The notes under the pieces: generated by a model
What the model was told of the DNA's origin: nothing
Seen by the model: the letters and a program-made list of their open reading frames with translations, nothing else
The model's database searches: none
In this document: positions 1 to 9,360 of the stretch, in pieces
Layout: each line of letters begins with the position of its first letter
How positions within the stretch are numbered: the stretch's first letter is position 1
DNA from: an uncultured Candidatus Bathyarchaeia archaeon
GTDB taxonomy: Archaea; Thermoproteota; Bathyarchaeia; Bathyarchaeales; Bathycorpusculaceae
Length of the DNA: 27,880 nt
Assembly (NCBI GenBank): GCA_964537045.1
Contig: CAZHZB010000002.1
Span: forward strand, 1-27,880
Direction: 5' to 3'
Program-made: the position numbers and the translations under genes

Positions 1-2
1 GA

Positions 3-1598
3 GGGCGAGAAGCTCTACACACAAACATCGAAGCTGCAAGAATAGTGGCTGAGAGTGTTAAGAGTTCTCTCGGACCAAAGGGCATGGACAAGATGCTCGT
101 TGACAGTTTTGGCGATGTCACAATAACAAGTGACGGTCGCACCATTCTGGACGAGATGGACATTCAACACCCAGCAGCCAAAATGATGCTTGAAGTTGCT
201 AAGACTCAAGACAACGAAGCTGGCGACGGAACAACAACAGCTGTAATAATAGCAGGTGAACTGCTGAACAAAGCTCAAGAACTGATTGAGAGAAACGTTC
301 ACCCCACAATAATAATCGACGGCTACAAGAAGGCTTCAGAAAAAGCATTGGAAGTACTTGAGAACATCGCCATAAAGATCGACCCGCAGACCACTGAATA
401 TCCAAAGAAGGTCGCAATGACCTCGATGGCGAGCAAACTGGTGGCGGATCACCGAGAATATTTGGCGGACATCGCTGTCAAAGCCATGTTAGCAGTTGCT
501 GAAAAAGACGGCGACAGATACAAAGCAGACGTGGACGACGTGAAAGTTGAGAAGAAACCAGGGGAATCAATAGGCGAAACAAGACTCATCCAAGGAATTG
601 TCCTCGACAAAGAAATCGCACACTCAGGAATGCCCAAACGCGTTGAAAAAGGAAAGATCGCTCTGCTCGATTGCCCACTGGAAATCGAGAAAACAGAGTT
701 TGACGCTAAAATAAGCATTGAAAGCCCTGAACAGATGGAAGCATTCCTCAAACAAGAAGAAGACATGTTGCGCGACATGGTTGAAAAAATAGCCAAGACC
801 GGAGCAAACGTTGTCATGTGCGAAAAAGGCATCGACGACATGGCTCAACACTTCCTAGCTAGAAAAGGAATAATCGCAGTTAGAAGAAACAAAAAATCAG
901 ACATGGAAAAACTAGCCAAAGCTACAGGCGGAAAAATAGTAACGAACTTAGACAGCCTGACATCAGACGATCTAGGCTATTGTGCACTCGTTGAAGAACG
1001 CAAGATAGGCGACGATAAAATGACCTTTGTAGAAGGATGCAAACACCCCAAAGCAGTTACCATACTCATCCGAGGCGGAACTCAACGTCTGGTCGACGAA
1101 GCAGAAAGGTCAGTACACGATGCTTTATGCGTAGTCAGAGACGTAATAGAAGAACCCAAAATCGTCGCGGGAGGAGGAGCACCCGAGCTAGAAGTCTCAC
1201 GCATGCTAAAGAAGTACGCAGAGACGTTACCTGGAAGAGAACAGTTGGCAGTAAGAGCGTTTGCAGAAGCTCTTGAAGCCGTACCGACCACACTCACGGA
1301 GAACGCTGGACTAGATCCAATAGATGTACTATCTGAATTGAGAGCAAGACACGAAAAAGGCGAGATATGGGCAGGAATAGAAGTAAACAACGGAAAAGTA
1401 CAGGATATGTCCAGAGCAGCAGTTTACGAGCCCTTGTCAGTCAAGAAGCAAATAATCAAATCGGGCACAGAAGCTTCAACGATGATACTGAAAATCGATG
1501 ACGTTATTGCAGCAGGAAAATCGAGAACTCCCCCGATGCCCCCAGGAGGACCAGGTGGTCCTGGAGGCGGAGGATACCCAGGGATGGGGGAGTACTAG
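3..1598 (+). CDS. ths: Thermosome (group II chaperonin) subunit, 5'-truncated by the window edge
   Basis: Frame is open from nt 3 ([34 protein letters not shown]). Motifs GDGTTT (ATP binding), TILIRGG and ILKIDDVI. Gly/Pro/Met-rich C-terminal tail. Alpha vs beta subunit not resolvable here. Confidence 0.97.
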   Translation, partial: GREALHTNIEAARIVAESVKSSLGPKGMDKMLVDSFGDVTITSDGRTILDEMDIQHPAAKMMLEVAKTQDNEAGDGTTTAVIIAGELLNKAQELIERNVHPTIIIDGYKKASEKALEVLENIAIKIDPQTTEYPKKVAMTSMASKLVADHREYLADIAVKAMLAVAEKDGDRYKADVDDVKVEKKPGESIGETRLIQGIVLDKEIAHSGMPKRVEKGKIALLDCPLEIEKTEFDAKISIESPEQMEAFLKQEEDMLRDMVEKIAKTGANVVMCEKGIDDMAQHFLARKGIIAVRRNKKSDMEKLAKATGGKIVTNLDSLTSDDLGYCALVEERKIGDDKMTFVEGCKHPKAVTILIRGGTQRLVDEAERSVHDALCVVRDVIEEPKIVAGGGAPELEVSRMLKKYAETLPGREQLAVRAFAEALEAVPTTLTENAGLDPIDVLSELRARHEKGEIWAGIEVNNGKVQDMSRAAVYEPLSVKKQIIKSGTEASTMILKIDDVIAAGKSRTPPMPPGGPGGPGGGGYPGMGEY

Positions 1599-1601
1599 AA
1601 C

Positions 1602-1862
1602 ACGTCTGAACAGAACAAAGTCACAGTGGGACCACCCAAAATCACCCGTTTCGAAAAGGCAAGAGTAGTGGGAGCTAGAGCTCTACAGATCTCAATGGGC
1701 GCACCTATACTGGTCGAAGTGTCAGAAGGATTAACTAGCCCGATTGAAATAGCATTGAAAGAACTAGGTGCCGGCATACTGCCGATGACCATCAGAAGAA
1801 CACTGCCAGACGGCACGTATCAGGACATTCCATTGAAATGGCTCTTGGAAGAGCACCAATAA
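1602..1862 (+). CDS. rpoK: DNA-directed RNA polymerase subunit K (Rpo6/omega-like); start uncertain (ACG 1602 or GTG 1626)
   Basis: [26 protein letters not shown] and [18 protein letters not shown] are the Rpo6/RPB6 signature. Confidence 0.95.
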   Translation, partial: TSEQNKVTVGPPKITRFEKARVVGARALQISMGAPILVEVSEGLTSPIEIALKELGAGILPMTIRRTLPDGTYQDIPLKWLLEEHQ

Positions 1863-1863
1863 A

Positions 1864-2352
1864 TCACTCTTTCTTTTTTGATTTTTCTACAATCTCGTTA
1901 GCCTTGCGAAGAGTATTTCTAATCTTGTCCCAATGGGCACCTTGCCAATAGACTTGCCCACATTTGGGACATTGCCAAAACTCTTTGTAATGATTAAGTG
2001 TGTTTTTTTCAATCTTCTCAGCAACTTCATCCATGGATATTGGCTTGACAACAGAATTGCATTTTGGACATCGCGAAGAGGCCATATCTATCTTAAGTGG
2101 GATGTTGAATCTTTGGGCAAGCTCCGCCAACTTCTCCTCGCCAGTCTGTCCTTCAAAATAGAACGCTGTGATTCCTCTGCTAACGGCCCTTTGATACAGC
2201 TCAAAATCTCTTGTAAGCAGAATTTTGTCATCTTCTTTCGCGATCGTAAGCAGTTGCGAATCTTCCATATTGTTTGAGTACTCAACGTCTTGCCCAAGCA
2301 TGCGAAGCCAGCGCGTCAGCTTTCCCAACATGCCGTCGGCTATGAACTTCAA
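1864..2352 (-). CDS. Mut7-C family RNase domain protein with C-terminal Zn ribbon
   Basis: KFIADGMLGKLTRWLRMLG, ILLTRD, RCPKCN and FWQCPKCGQVYWQGAHW. Likely TTG start at 2352 with GGAG upstream. Confidence 0.9.
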   Translation of the reverse strand: MKFIADGMLGKLTRWLRMLGQDVEYSNNMEDSQLLTIAKEDDKILLTRDFELYQRAVSRGITAFYFEGQTGEEKLAELAQRFNIPLKIDMASSRCPKCNSVVKPISMDEVAEKIEKNTLNHYKEFWQCPKCGQVYWQGAHWDKIRNTLRKANEIVEKSKKKE

Positions 2353-2356
2353 AAAC

Positions 2357-3694
2357 TTACTCTCTCCGAAGAATCTTGCCGCTTCCGGCCTTGGTGACAA
2401 TTTCTCCTTCGTCCATTACAAGTTGACCACGGACAAAGGTTTTTACAGGTTTGCCCTCGACCTCGCGTCCATCGAACGGGGAAAATTTGGCTTTTGATTT
2501 GAACTTTGAAGAATCAATCTTGAATTTTCTGCGAAGATCTACAACTGTCAAGTCCGCGTGGTTTTCTTCTCTCAATTGTCCCTTGCCCTTCATGTTGAAG
2601 ATTTGCGAAGGTTTCTCAGACAAAAGTCTCACGATGTCTCCGATGGAAAGTCGCCCACGCTTGACCTCTGTGAGCAGAAGCGGCAACGTTGTTTCAAGAC
2701 CTGGAACACCGACTTTGACATCCCACACTGACCCATCTTCCTTCTCTTTCAACGTATGAGGTGCATGGTCGGAAGCAATTATGTCGATCCAGCCGCGTTC
2801 TATGCCGTCCCACAAGGACGCAACCTGTGCTCTATCCCTAGTAGGAGGCATCGTTAAGCCTAAAGTACCGATCCTCTTCAGATCGTCTGAGGAAAGCAAG
2901 AGATTGTGCGGAGTCGCTTCGCACGACAATCGCATCTCAGATTTTGCTTCAACGATTGTGTCTAGGGCTTCTCGAGTGCTCACATGACAGAAGTGTAGAT
3001 GCATCGCCGTCTGTTTGGCAACACTCAGTATTCGTTTTGCCGCTTTCAGTTCGACATCTGGGGAGTGAGCTTTTAGAAAAGCTGCGAGGTCATTCTTCCT
3101 GTCATGCTTGAACTGATCCTCCGCTTTTTTCAAGGTTGTCATGTCTTCGGCGTGGACAGCTGTGGAAAGTCCGAACTTGCCCACGATTCTGAAAGCTTCT
3201 AGCAAGGCTTCGTCATCGTCAACATCAACTCCTCCAACCTGATCGGCCATGAAAAGTTTGAAACCAAACGCGCCTTCCTTGACGATTCCTTCTATCTCAC
3301 GAAGGTTTCTAGGAAATTCTGACCGGAATCCTACATCAACGAGGATTCGTCTCTCCGCTATTCTCATACGGTTTCTAAGGGTCGCAGCACTCATTGTCAC
3401 CGGCTCGTTGTTAGGCATGTCAACGACCGAGGCGAAACCGCCTGCGGATGCCGAGGCCGTTCCAGTGAAAAAATCTTCCTTGAACGCTTTGCCCTCGTCA
3501 CGAAGGTGAACGTGAACATCGATCAACCCCGGCAGAACCAACAGATTCTTCAAATCAAATCGGACGTCTGACTTAGGCATGCTCACCTCTTTGCCGATCT
3601 TGAAAATCTTGCCTTCGTCAATAGCTATGCTGCATTCAGTCACAGCATTTCTCATGTAGGCTTTGGCATTGACCATGACTGAGTCGACGATCAA
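2357..3694 (-). CDS. pyrC: Dihydroorotase (amidohydrolase superfamily)
   Basis: LPGLIDVHVHLRD, DMPNNEP, HAED, HFCHVST, EATPHNL, SDHAPH, SKAKFSPFDG. GAGGT RBS before TTG. Allantoinase-type relatives cannot be fully excluded. Confidence 0.85.
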   Translation of the reverse strand: MIVDSVMVNAKAYMRNAVTECSIAIDEGKIFKIGKEVSMPKSDVRFDLKNLLVLPGLIDVHVHLRDEGKAFKEDFFTGTASASAGGFASVVDMPNNEPVTMSAATLRNRMRIAERRILVDVGFRSEFPRNLREIEGIVKEGAFGFKLFMADQVGGVDVDDDEALLEAFRIVGKFGLSTAVHAEDMTTLKKAEDQFKHDRKNDLAAFLKAHSPDVELKAAKRILSVAKQTAMHLHFCHVSTREALDTIVEAKSEMRLSCEATPHNLLLSSDDLKRIGTLGLTMPPTRDRAQVASLWDGIERGWIDIIASDHAPHTLKEKEDGSVWDVKVGVPGLETTLPLLLTEVKRGRLSIGDIVRLLSEKPSQIFNMKGKGQLREENHADLTVVDLRRKFKIDSSKFKSKAKFSPFDGREVEGKPVKTFVRGQLVMDEGEIVTKAGSGKILRRE

Positions 3695-3879
3695 CTGACT
3701 ACCTCTTTTCAGTGAATAACGTGGGACGGAACTGTTAAAAGCTTACTCAAGAATGCAGGTCACAAAACGGATTGTCGAAATGCGAATCTAGGAGAGGTGA
3801 ATAACAGCGCGCGCTAAATGGAAAAAGCTAGGCGATATGTTCCAAGCCATGGGTCGGCGCACATCACGGTCAGAGGCCG

Positions 3880-4788
3880 CTAAGCCAAGATCTTGAAGAA
3901 GTCTCTTTCAGTCAGGATGCCAACCAAGGTTCCGTTCTTCACGACTGGAACAGCGCCTATGTCCTTCTCTCGCATCTTTTTGGCCGCTTGACCAACATCC
4001 GTCTCTGGTTCAACGGTTGAGACGTTTTTGGAAGCTATTTCGAGACAAGGCGTGTTCAACACCTGAGTTATTGTTCCCGAACGCAAGTGCCTGAACACGT
4101 CGCCGCAACCGAAGAATCTTATGACGTCCATTGTGGTGACTATGCCCATGATTTTGCCGTTAGACACTATCGGCAACCTTCGAAAGCCTTGAGACACCAT
4201 CGTTTTTTCAGCCTCGAAAATCGTTGTCTTAGGCAAGGCCGTAACTACTTTCGCTGACATGAGTTGGGCTACAGTGACACCGCTTGTCCGGTCGGCGAAG
4301 AGAAGTGCTATGTCACGTTCTGTTACTATCGCTTTTATGCTGCCTTTTTCATCCACGACAGGCAGACCGCCGAGATTGGATTCCTTCATCTTCTCTATTG
4401 CTTCACCTATCTTTGCTGAGGTTTTGATCGAGGTTACCTTCTGAGTCATAATCAGCTTGATGGGCTCGTTCAACGCTTGGAAAAAGTTGCCGCCAAACCT
4501 TTGCTGAATGATCTCAAACCTGTTCCCGCCACCCAAGTAATCCACGATATCCGTTGCCGTGACAATCCCTTCGAGATGCTTAGTGCCTGGGTTTGCTATC
4601 GGCAGACGGCGGAACCCTTCTTTTGCCATTTTCTGAATGGCGTCATAGATCGGCGTTGTTGGTGCGATCATCACAACGGGGCTTTTCGCGATCGTTAGGA
4701 TTTCACCCTCGCGCTTCTTGCTTGGATGAGACTTCAAATCAAGAGGGCCCGACCCCCGCAATGTTCTTCTATAACTTTCTCGGCTCAT
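3880..4788 (-). CDS. Four-CBS-domain (two Bateman modules) adenylate-binding protein, MJ1225-like
   Basis: Four CBS repeats (RRLPI..GIVTATDI; GGLPVV..IVTERDI; RRLPIV..GIVTTMDV; GAVPVV..GILTERDF). DYLGGG...NF..ALNEPI segment resembles M. jannaschii MJ1225 as recalled. Confidence 0.9.
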   Translation of the reverse strand: MSRESYRRTLRGSGPLDLKSHPSKKREGEILTIAKSPVVMIAPTTPIYDAIQKMAKEGFRRLPIANPGTKHLEGIVTATDIVDYLGGGNRFEIIQQRFGGNFFQALNEPIKLIMTQKVTSIKTSAKIGEAIEKMKESNLGGLPVVDEKGSIKAIVTERDIALLFADRTSGVTVAQLMSAKVVTALPKTTIFEAEKTMVSQGFRRLPIVSNGKIMGIVTTMDVIRFFGCGDVFRHLRSGTITQVLNTPCLEIASKNVSTVEPETDVGQAAKKMREKDIGAVPVVKNGTLVGILTERDFFKILA

Positions 4789-4800
4789 TCACTCTCGCTC

Positions 4801-5586
4801 CTAACCAACGACAAGTCTTGCAATGTCTTCCCGATCGACAATGCCAAGCAGTTTTCCATTCTTGTCTATCACCGGGACTCTTCCGACATCTTTGGAAACC
4901 ATTACCTTAGCAACGCGGATTGCCTTTGTCGACGGTGCTACTGCGACCACGTTCGTCTGCATCACTGAAGAAATTCTTGGTGAGTCTCTAAAACGTCCTT
5001 TACTCGACTCAAAGCCAGGCAGAACCTTGCCAGTTCCAAGAAGATCCTTCTGTGTGACTATTCCAACCAACTTCCCACCTTTCACAACAGGAAGTCCAGC
5101 AAAACGCGTTTCGTTCATTAGACGCCATATATTGTCAACATCATCGTCCGGAGAACAGGTCACAACATCTTCTGTCATGATCTCAGATACATCTTTCACG
5201 AACCGTTCGGGACTGTTCTTGATCAAAGTTCCGATAAAACTCTCGAGACCCACAACTCCTCTATAGGTTTGGTCCTCGCTTGAGGCCACAACAGGAGCGT
5301 ACCAAACATCAACCCGAAGCATAGCCCTGAAAGCTGATGTAACATCATCATCTGCAGTGGCAACATGCTTCGCAGGTGTCATTATGCCTTTCACTTTCAT
5401 AGCCGATACAGATGACGTAATCGTCATCATGTCACGGCGTGAGATTTTCCCAAGAAGTTTTTTGTTGACATCTGTTACAGGAATGATTCTGAGGTTCAAA
5501 TCTCTGAGCAGCGCACGTGCCTTGGTGGCTGGCTCATCTTCATAGATTGACGGATGCTTCTGATCCATGATCTCCTTGACACGCAA
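4801..5586 (-). CDS. Four-CBS-domain protein
   Basis: CBS repeats (IIPV..LLGKISRRD; AGLPVVKGGKLVGIVTQKDL; GRVPVID..LLGIVDREDI). Probable TTG start at 5586 behind GAGGAG; alternative GTG at 5601. Confidence 0.9.
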   Translation of the reverse strand: MRVKEIMDQKHPSIYEDEPATKARALLRDLNLRIIPVTDVNKKLLGKISRRDMMTITSSVSAMKVKGIMTPAKHVATADDDVTSAFRAMLRVDVWYAPVVASSEDQTYRGVVGLESFIGTLIKNSPERFVKDVSEIMTEDVVTCSPDDDVDNIWRLMNETRFAGLPVVKGGKLVGIVTQKDLLGTGKVLPGFESSKGRFRDSPRISSVMQTNVVAVAPSTKAIRVAKVMVSKDVGRVPVIDKNGKLLGIVDREDIARLVVG

Positions 5587-5597
5587 ACGATCTCCTC

Positions 5598-6182
5598 TCA
5601 CTCTTCACTTTCAAGTTCTACTTTGCAGTCTTCACAGAGAAATTCACCGTTGACTTCGGTCAAGTTCTCAGAATAGACACCGCAGTGATCACAGTTCCCG
5701 GTCAGAGGCGCGGATTCCTTCGTTGCCTCCTCACTCATTTTTTCTCCTTCGATCAGTGCTTCTTGTTGCATCGTTTCCAACAGTTCCGGCATCACATGAA
5801 GAACATCTTTTCCAGACACTATTCCAACGAGCTTTCCCTTGTAGATGACGGCCAAACGTCGAATGTCTAGCCGACTCATTCTCTTCGCCGCGTCGGTTAT
5901 TGTCGCGTCGGGTTCGATCGTCATAAGCGGGGTTGTCATCACTTTCTTGGCCTTGATGTTATCCGGTTTTATGTTCTTCGCTAAGACACGTACCACGAGA
6001 TCTCTTTCAGTTATTATTCCAAGCGGTTTTCCGTCTTTTGTGGTCACTATTATGCAGCCGTAATCGTGTTTGTCCATGAGTGCCGCGACTTTATTGGCAA
6101 GGAGATTCTCGTCAACGGTCAAAGCTGGGCTACTCATGATATCCTTGACCAGCATTTTAGATCTCAATCCAATTTCAGCCAT
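5598..6182 (-). CDS. Two-CBS-domain protein with C-terminal C4 zinc ribbon
   Basis: GCIIV..PLGIITERDLV and RRLAV..LVGIVSGKDV CBS pair. C-terminal CDHC-x16-CEDC. ATG at 6182 preferred over GTG 6194. Confidence 0.9.
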   Translation of the reverse strand: MAEIGLRSKMLVKDIMSSPALTVDENLLANKVAALMDKHDYGCIIVTTKDGKPLGIITERDLVVRVLAKNIKPDNIKAKKVMTTPLMTIEPDATITDAAKRMSRLDIRRLAVIYKGKLVGIVSGKDVLHVMPELLETMQQEALIEGEKMSEEATKESAPLTGNCDHCGVYSENLTEVNGEFLCEDCKVELESEE

Positions 6183-6354
6183 AGTTTTCCCCACGCGGGT
6201 GAAGACTACAATTACTCGAATTTATCTTCACACAAGTCAAGGCAAACGCCCTAATTTAAAACTTGCCATATTCCTGCAGAACAAAGAAGCCAAAGCTGTG
6301 GTCAAGTTTTATTAGCGCTAGTGTCCAAATGCAAGAGACAGTGAGGCACGCTAA

Positions 6355-7251
6355 ATGTTGAAAACCAACGAGGACAAGCTCGTAAGAATCTCCGTCGTCG
6401 GAGAAGTTGCCAGTCCCACTCTGAGAGATGTCTACAGAATCTCAGCTCAAGGCAACCCTGTTGTGCTTCCTGGCGTAGGGGGAATAACGTATAACATCAG
6501 AGTCGGCGACCCAGCCTGTGGATGGGAAGCGGATCACGTTGAGCCTGGAGTGAGCACTGAAAACAAAGAGAACGACCCAAGGTCAGGACAAGCCGCGAAC
6601 AATGCCTTCAACGTGCTTTCATGTGTTGGAAACGAGGCGATCGTGACAACAGGCGAAGCAAAAGGAGCTAAAGGAGTGGTAACTGGCAAGCATGGTGGCA
6701 TAGAGCACGTGCTTATTGACGTGCAGCCCGAAATCATGAACAAGCTCGTTATCGGAGACAAATTTCTAGTAAAAGCATACGGAGTAGGTCTGAAACTGCT
6801 GGACGCTCCCGAAGTTAAAGTCATGAACCTTGATCCCGCATTCCTTAGAGCTATGAAACCTAAGGTTCTAGGTGGAAAACTGGAAGTACCCGTTACGCAT
6901 TTAGTCCCCGCTGCAACGATGGGGTCAGGTCTGGGCGCGAACCAGTGTTATTCTGGCGATTATGACATTCAACTTTTTGACGACGATATGAGAAAGCAGT
7001 ATGAACTTGATGACATCAAACTTGGAGATCTAGTTGCCATAATCGACGCAGATCACACGTTTGGCAGAATATACAAGCATGGAGCTATATCCGTTGGCAT
7101 TGTGGTTCATACTAACTGTGTCTTAGCGGGACACGGACCCGGAGTTACGACATTGTTCACGTCAACGGCTGGAAAAGTAGTTCCGAGAATCGACAAAAAA
7201 GCGAACATCGCATCCATCCTCAAGCTTAGAAAGGATTTGTTGAGTCGCTGA
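6355..7251 (+). CDS. DUF4438 family protein (TM1086-like), function unknown
   Basis: LKTNxDKLV, PGVGGITYN, GWEADHVEPGVS, GKHGGIEHV, DADHTFGR and AGHGPGV match the DUF4438 pattern as recalled. Confidence 0.8.
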   Translation: MLKTNEDKLVRISVVGEVASPTLRDVYRISAQGNPVVLPGVGGITYNIRVGDPACGWEADHVEPGVSTENKENDPRSGQAANNAFNVLSCVGNEAIVTTGEAKGAKGVVTGKHGGIEHVLIDVQPEIMNKLVIGDKFLVKAYGVGLKLLDAPEVKVMNLDPAFLRAMKPKVLGGKLEVPVTHLVPAATMGSGLGANQCYSGDYDIQLFDDDMRKQYELDDIKLGDLVAIIDADHTFGRIYKHGAISVGIVVHTNCVLAGHGPGVTTLFTSTAGKVVPRIDKKANIASILKLRKDLLSR

Positions 7252-7381
7252 GGAGACCCTGACCGCTCAAAACGCCAAGTCTTTCAGCAATCATCCAATG
7301 GCATTCTCCGTGACACGAGAACAGATATATATTAGGCAATTCGAATTGTTTGAATGAATGAAAGTTTAGGAGTAAGAACGA

Positions 7382-7675
7382 TTGCCATCCAAGAGAAAAA
7401 GCCGTGGAAGATCAAAAGGCGGTAAAGGTAGCAGCGGAGTCATTCAATGTGCTGGTTGCGGGTCAATGGTACCTCGTGACAAAGCCAAGAAAGTCACAAG
7501 AAGACACTCGATAGTAGATTACCAGCTCGCAAAAGAGCTTCGAGCAAAAGGCACTTATATTGAAGCGCCGTCGACCACCAAGTATTACTGCGTATCTTGC
7601 GCAGTGCATCGCGGCGTCGTGAAAGTAAGGGCCGAGAACGAGCGCAGAATGCGTACGCGCCCGAGAAGATTCTAG
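7382..7675 (+). CDS. rps26e: 30S ribosomal protein S26e (eS26)
   Basis: MPSKRKSRGR, CxxCG..VPRDKAKK, YYCVSCAVH..VVKVR. TTG start with GGAG RBS and upstream TATATATT. Confidence 0.96.
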   Translation: MPSKRKSRGRSKGGKGSSGVIQCAGCGSMVPRDKAKKVTRRHSIVDYQLAKELRAKGTYIEAPSTTKYYCVSCAVHRGVVKVRAENERRMRTRPRRF

Positions 7676-7677
7676 CT

Positions 7678-8292
7678 TCAGCCAGCCACCTTTTTCTTTA
7701 ATCTAGCGTAAACGTAGATACCTCTCTGCAACACAGTAAGATTTGTGAGAATGGCGAGAATCACCAGAGCAATGGTCATAACAGTCGTAGGTTGAAATTG
7801 CCAAGCTACCAAACTCGAAACCACAATAATCAACATTCGCTCAGCTCTTTCTGCAAGACCAATTGATTCCATTTTGATTCCAGCCGCCTCAGCTCTTGCG
7901 CGACTATAGCTTACAAGCAGTGAGCCAATTATCGCCAACATTCCCCAGTAGCTGGGACTGCAGAGGCCGCCTAGGATGATACCCACGTATACTGCGGCGT
8001 CTGCATATCTGTCAAGTAGAGAGTCAAAGAAACCGCCGAAGACTGTGGCCTGTTCGTAAATTCTGGCAACAACACCGTCCAAAGCATCGCAGAAACCAGA
8101 AAGCAACAACAGAAAGGTTGCCAGCAATAGAAAAAACTGGTTGTACTGCCACATCGCGTACACCGCTGCCGAAAGAAAAGCCAAGATCAGTCCGATTATG
8201 GTTATTCCGTTGGGCGTCAATCCAAGCTTGTGCGCTGCTCTTGCTTCAGCTACCAGCATGCTTTGAATTTTCTGTTTCAGCCTCGTCAGCAT
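7678..8292 (-). CDS. pgsA: CDP-alcohol phosphatidyltransferase, probable archaetidylinositol phosphate synthase
   Basis: Signature DALDGVVAR...FGGFFDSLLDRYAD, TPNxIT, VSYSRARAEA, GLAERAER; several TM helices. Confidence 0.88.
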   Translation of the reverse strand: MLTRLKQKIQSMLVAEARAAHKLGLTPNGITIIGLILAFLSAAVYAMWQYNQFFLLLATFLLLLSGFCDALDGVVARIYEQATVFGGFFDSLLDRYADAAVYVGIILGGLCSPSYWGMLAIIGSLLVSYSRARAEAAGIKMESIGLAERAERMLIIVVSSLVAWQFQPTTVMTIALVILAILTNLTVLQRGIYVYARLKKKVAG

Positions 8293-8360
8293 GGGAACTG
8301 CCTTCAGCAATTTCTATTTAAGCGTGGATATGCTCTGTTTGAAGTTAAAAGGTGTTTGCC

Positions 8361-8654
8361 ATGATCAGCGTCACGACACTCAGAGTTGATGGAAAAAGTT
8401 TCATGGGATTGCGCACCGATCTGCCCGATAGCCCACCATTATTGCTCATTATGGGCGAAAAAGGATTCGTGATGTGCGGATTCCTGAATGTAGAAAGCGC
8501 AGAAAAACTCGGTGTGACCGCTGCAGTCGTCAGCGGTGTCAAGACCTTCGACGATGTGCTAAATGGACAGGTGAAAGCAGTAACGTCAAAAGCCAAGAAT
8601 CTAGGTATTGAAGTCGGAATGAAAGGAGCCGACGCCCTGAAACTTATGGGCTAG
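8361..8654 (+). CDS. YunC/DUF1805 family protein
   Basis: PPLLLIMGEKGFVMCGFLN, AAVVSGVKTFDDVL, GIEVGMKGADAL. Confidence 0.85.
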   Translation: MISVTTLRVDGKSFMGLRTDLPDSPPLLLIMGEKGFVMCGFLNVESAEKLGVTAAVVSGVKTFDDVLNGQVKAVTSKAKNLGIEVGMKGADALKLMG

Positions 8655-8701
8655 AACGACGCCAGAGTAAATTGAAGATCAACGCAGACGTGGGTTATCT
8701 G

Positions 8702-9304
8702 ATGTCGTCCAACAAGGAACTACTCGACAATGTAGCTACAGAAGTTGTGGTTTGCACAAAATGCTGCCTCTGGAAGGGCCGCAAAAAAGCAGTACCTGGA
8801 GTCGGTAACCCTGAAAGCAAACTGATGCTAGTAGGGGAAGCGCCTGGACGATCAGAAGACATCCAAGGGGAGCCTTTTGTTGGAGCAGCCGGAAAGCTTT
8901 TGGACACGTTGTTGTCTGAGATCGGCTTTTCGAGAACACAGGTGTTCATTACTAACGTTGTGAAATGCAGACCACCAGAAAATCGTGATCCGTTGCCAGA
9001 CGAAATCGAGATGTGTACTCCTTACTTGAACAGGCAGATAGGCATCATTCAGCCCGCAATGATAATCACACTTGGCAAGCACTCGACTGCTTGCGTCCTT
9101 AATAGAGCGAATTTGCCCTTCCGTAGCATCACGCAAGAGCATGGTAGAGTGCACGAAGCCGTCATTCTGGGCGTGGAGACTGTGGTTTTCCCGACGTTTC
9201 ATCCCGCTGCTGCTCTATACAACGCACAGTACGAGAACCAGATACGAGACGACTTCCAAATGGTAAAGAAAGAGCTGCTTAAGAGAGAGCCGGTCACACG
9301 ATAG
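8702..9304 (+). CDS. udg: Family 4 uracil-DNA glycosylase (4Fe-4S)
   Basis: CxxC, VGEAPG..ED..GEPFVGAAG, TNVVKCRPPENRDP...C, TFHPAAALY. Confidence 0.95.
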   Translation: MSSNKELLDNVATEVVVCTKCCLWKGRKKAVPGVGNPESKLMLVGEAPGRSEDIQGEPFVGAAGKLLDTLLSEIGFSRTQVFITNVVKCRPPENRDPLPDEIEMCTPYLNRQIGIIQPAMIITLGKHSTACVLNRANLPFRSITQEHGRVHEAVILGVETVVFPTFHPAAALYNAQYENQIRDDFQMVKKELLKREPVTR

Positions 9305-9309
9305 TGACG

Positions 9310-9331
9310 TTCTTTTATTCGTAGAAAAGAA
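9310..9331. terminator. Putative bidirectional terminator hairpin between convergent udg and XRE regulator
   Basis: TTCTTTT (9310-9316) and AAAAGAA (9325-9331) are reverse complements, giving T-rich tracts on both strands. Confidence 0.45.
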
Positions 9332-9360
9332 ATTTCCGGAATTTGCCTTGTGCAGCACCT

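Noticed and set aside
1596-1601. Programmed TAG read-through (pyrrolysine) fusing thermosome and Rpo6
   Set aside because: The thermosome ends in a normal Gly/Met tail, no pyl genes are present in the window, and other genes here use TAG as an ordinary stop.
3712-3805. GTGAATAAC 9-mer repeated at 3712-3720 and 3797-3805, with palindrome AGCGCGCGCT at 3806-3815
   Set aside because: One 9-mer repeat in a 185-nt gap is not unlikely across many intergenic regions, and there is no supporting context.
3791-3895. Perfect-looking RBS GGAGAGGTGA followed by a frame reading ITARAKWKK..., reminiscent of eL41
   Set aside because: No start codon at suitable spacing, and the Arg/Lys-rich remainder of eL41 is absent.
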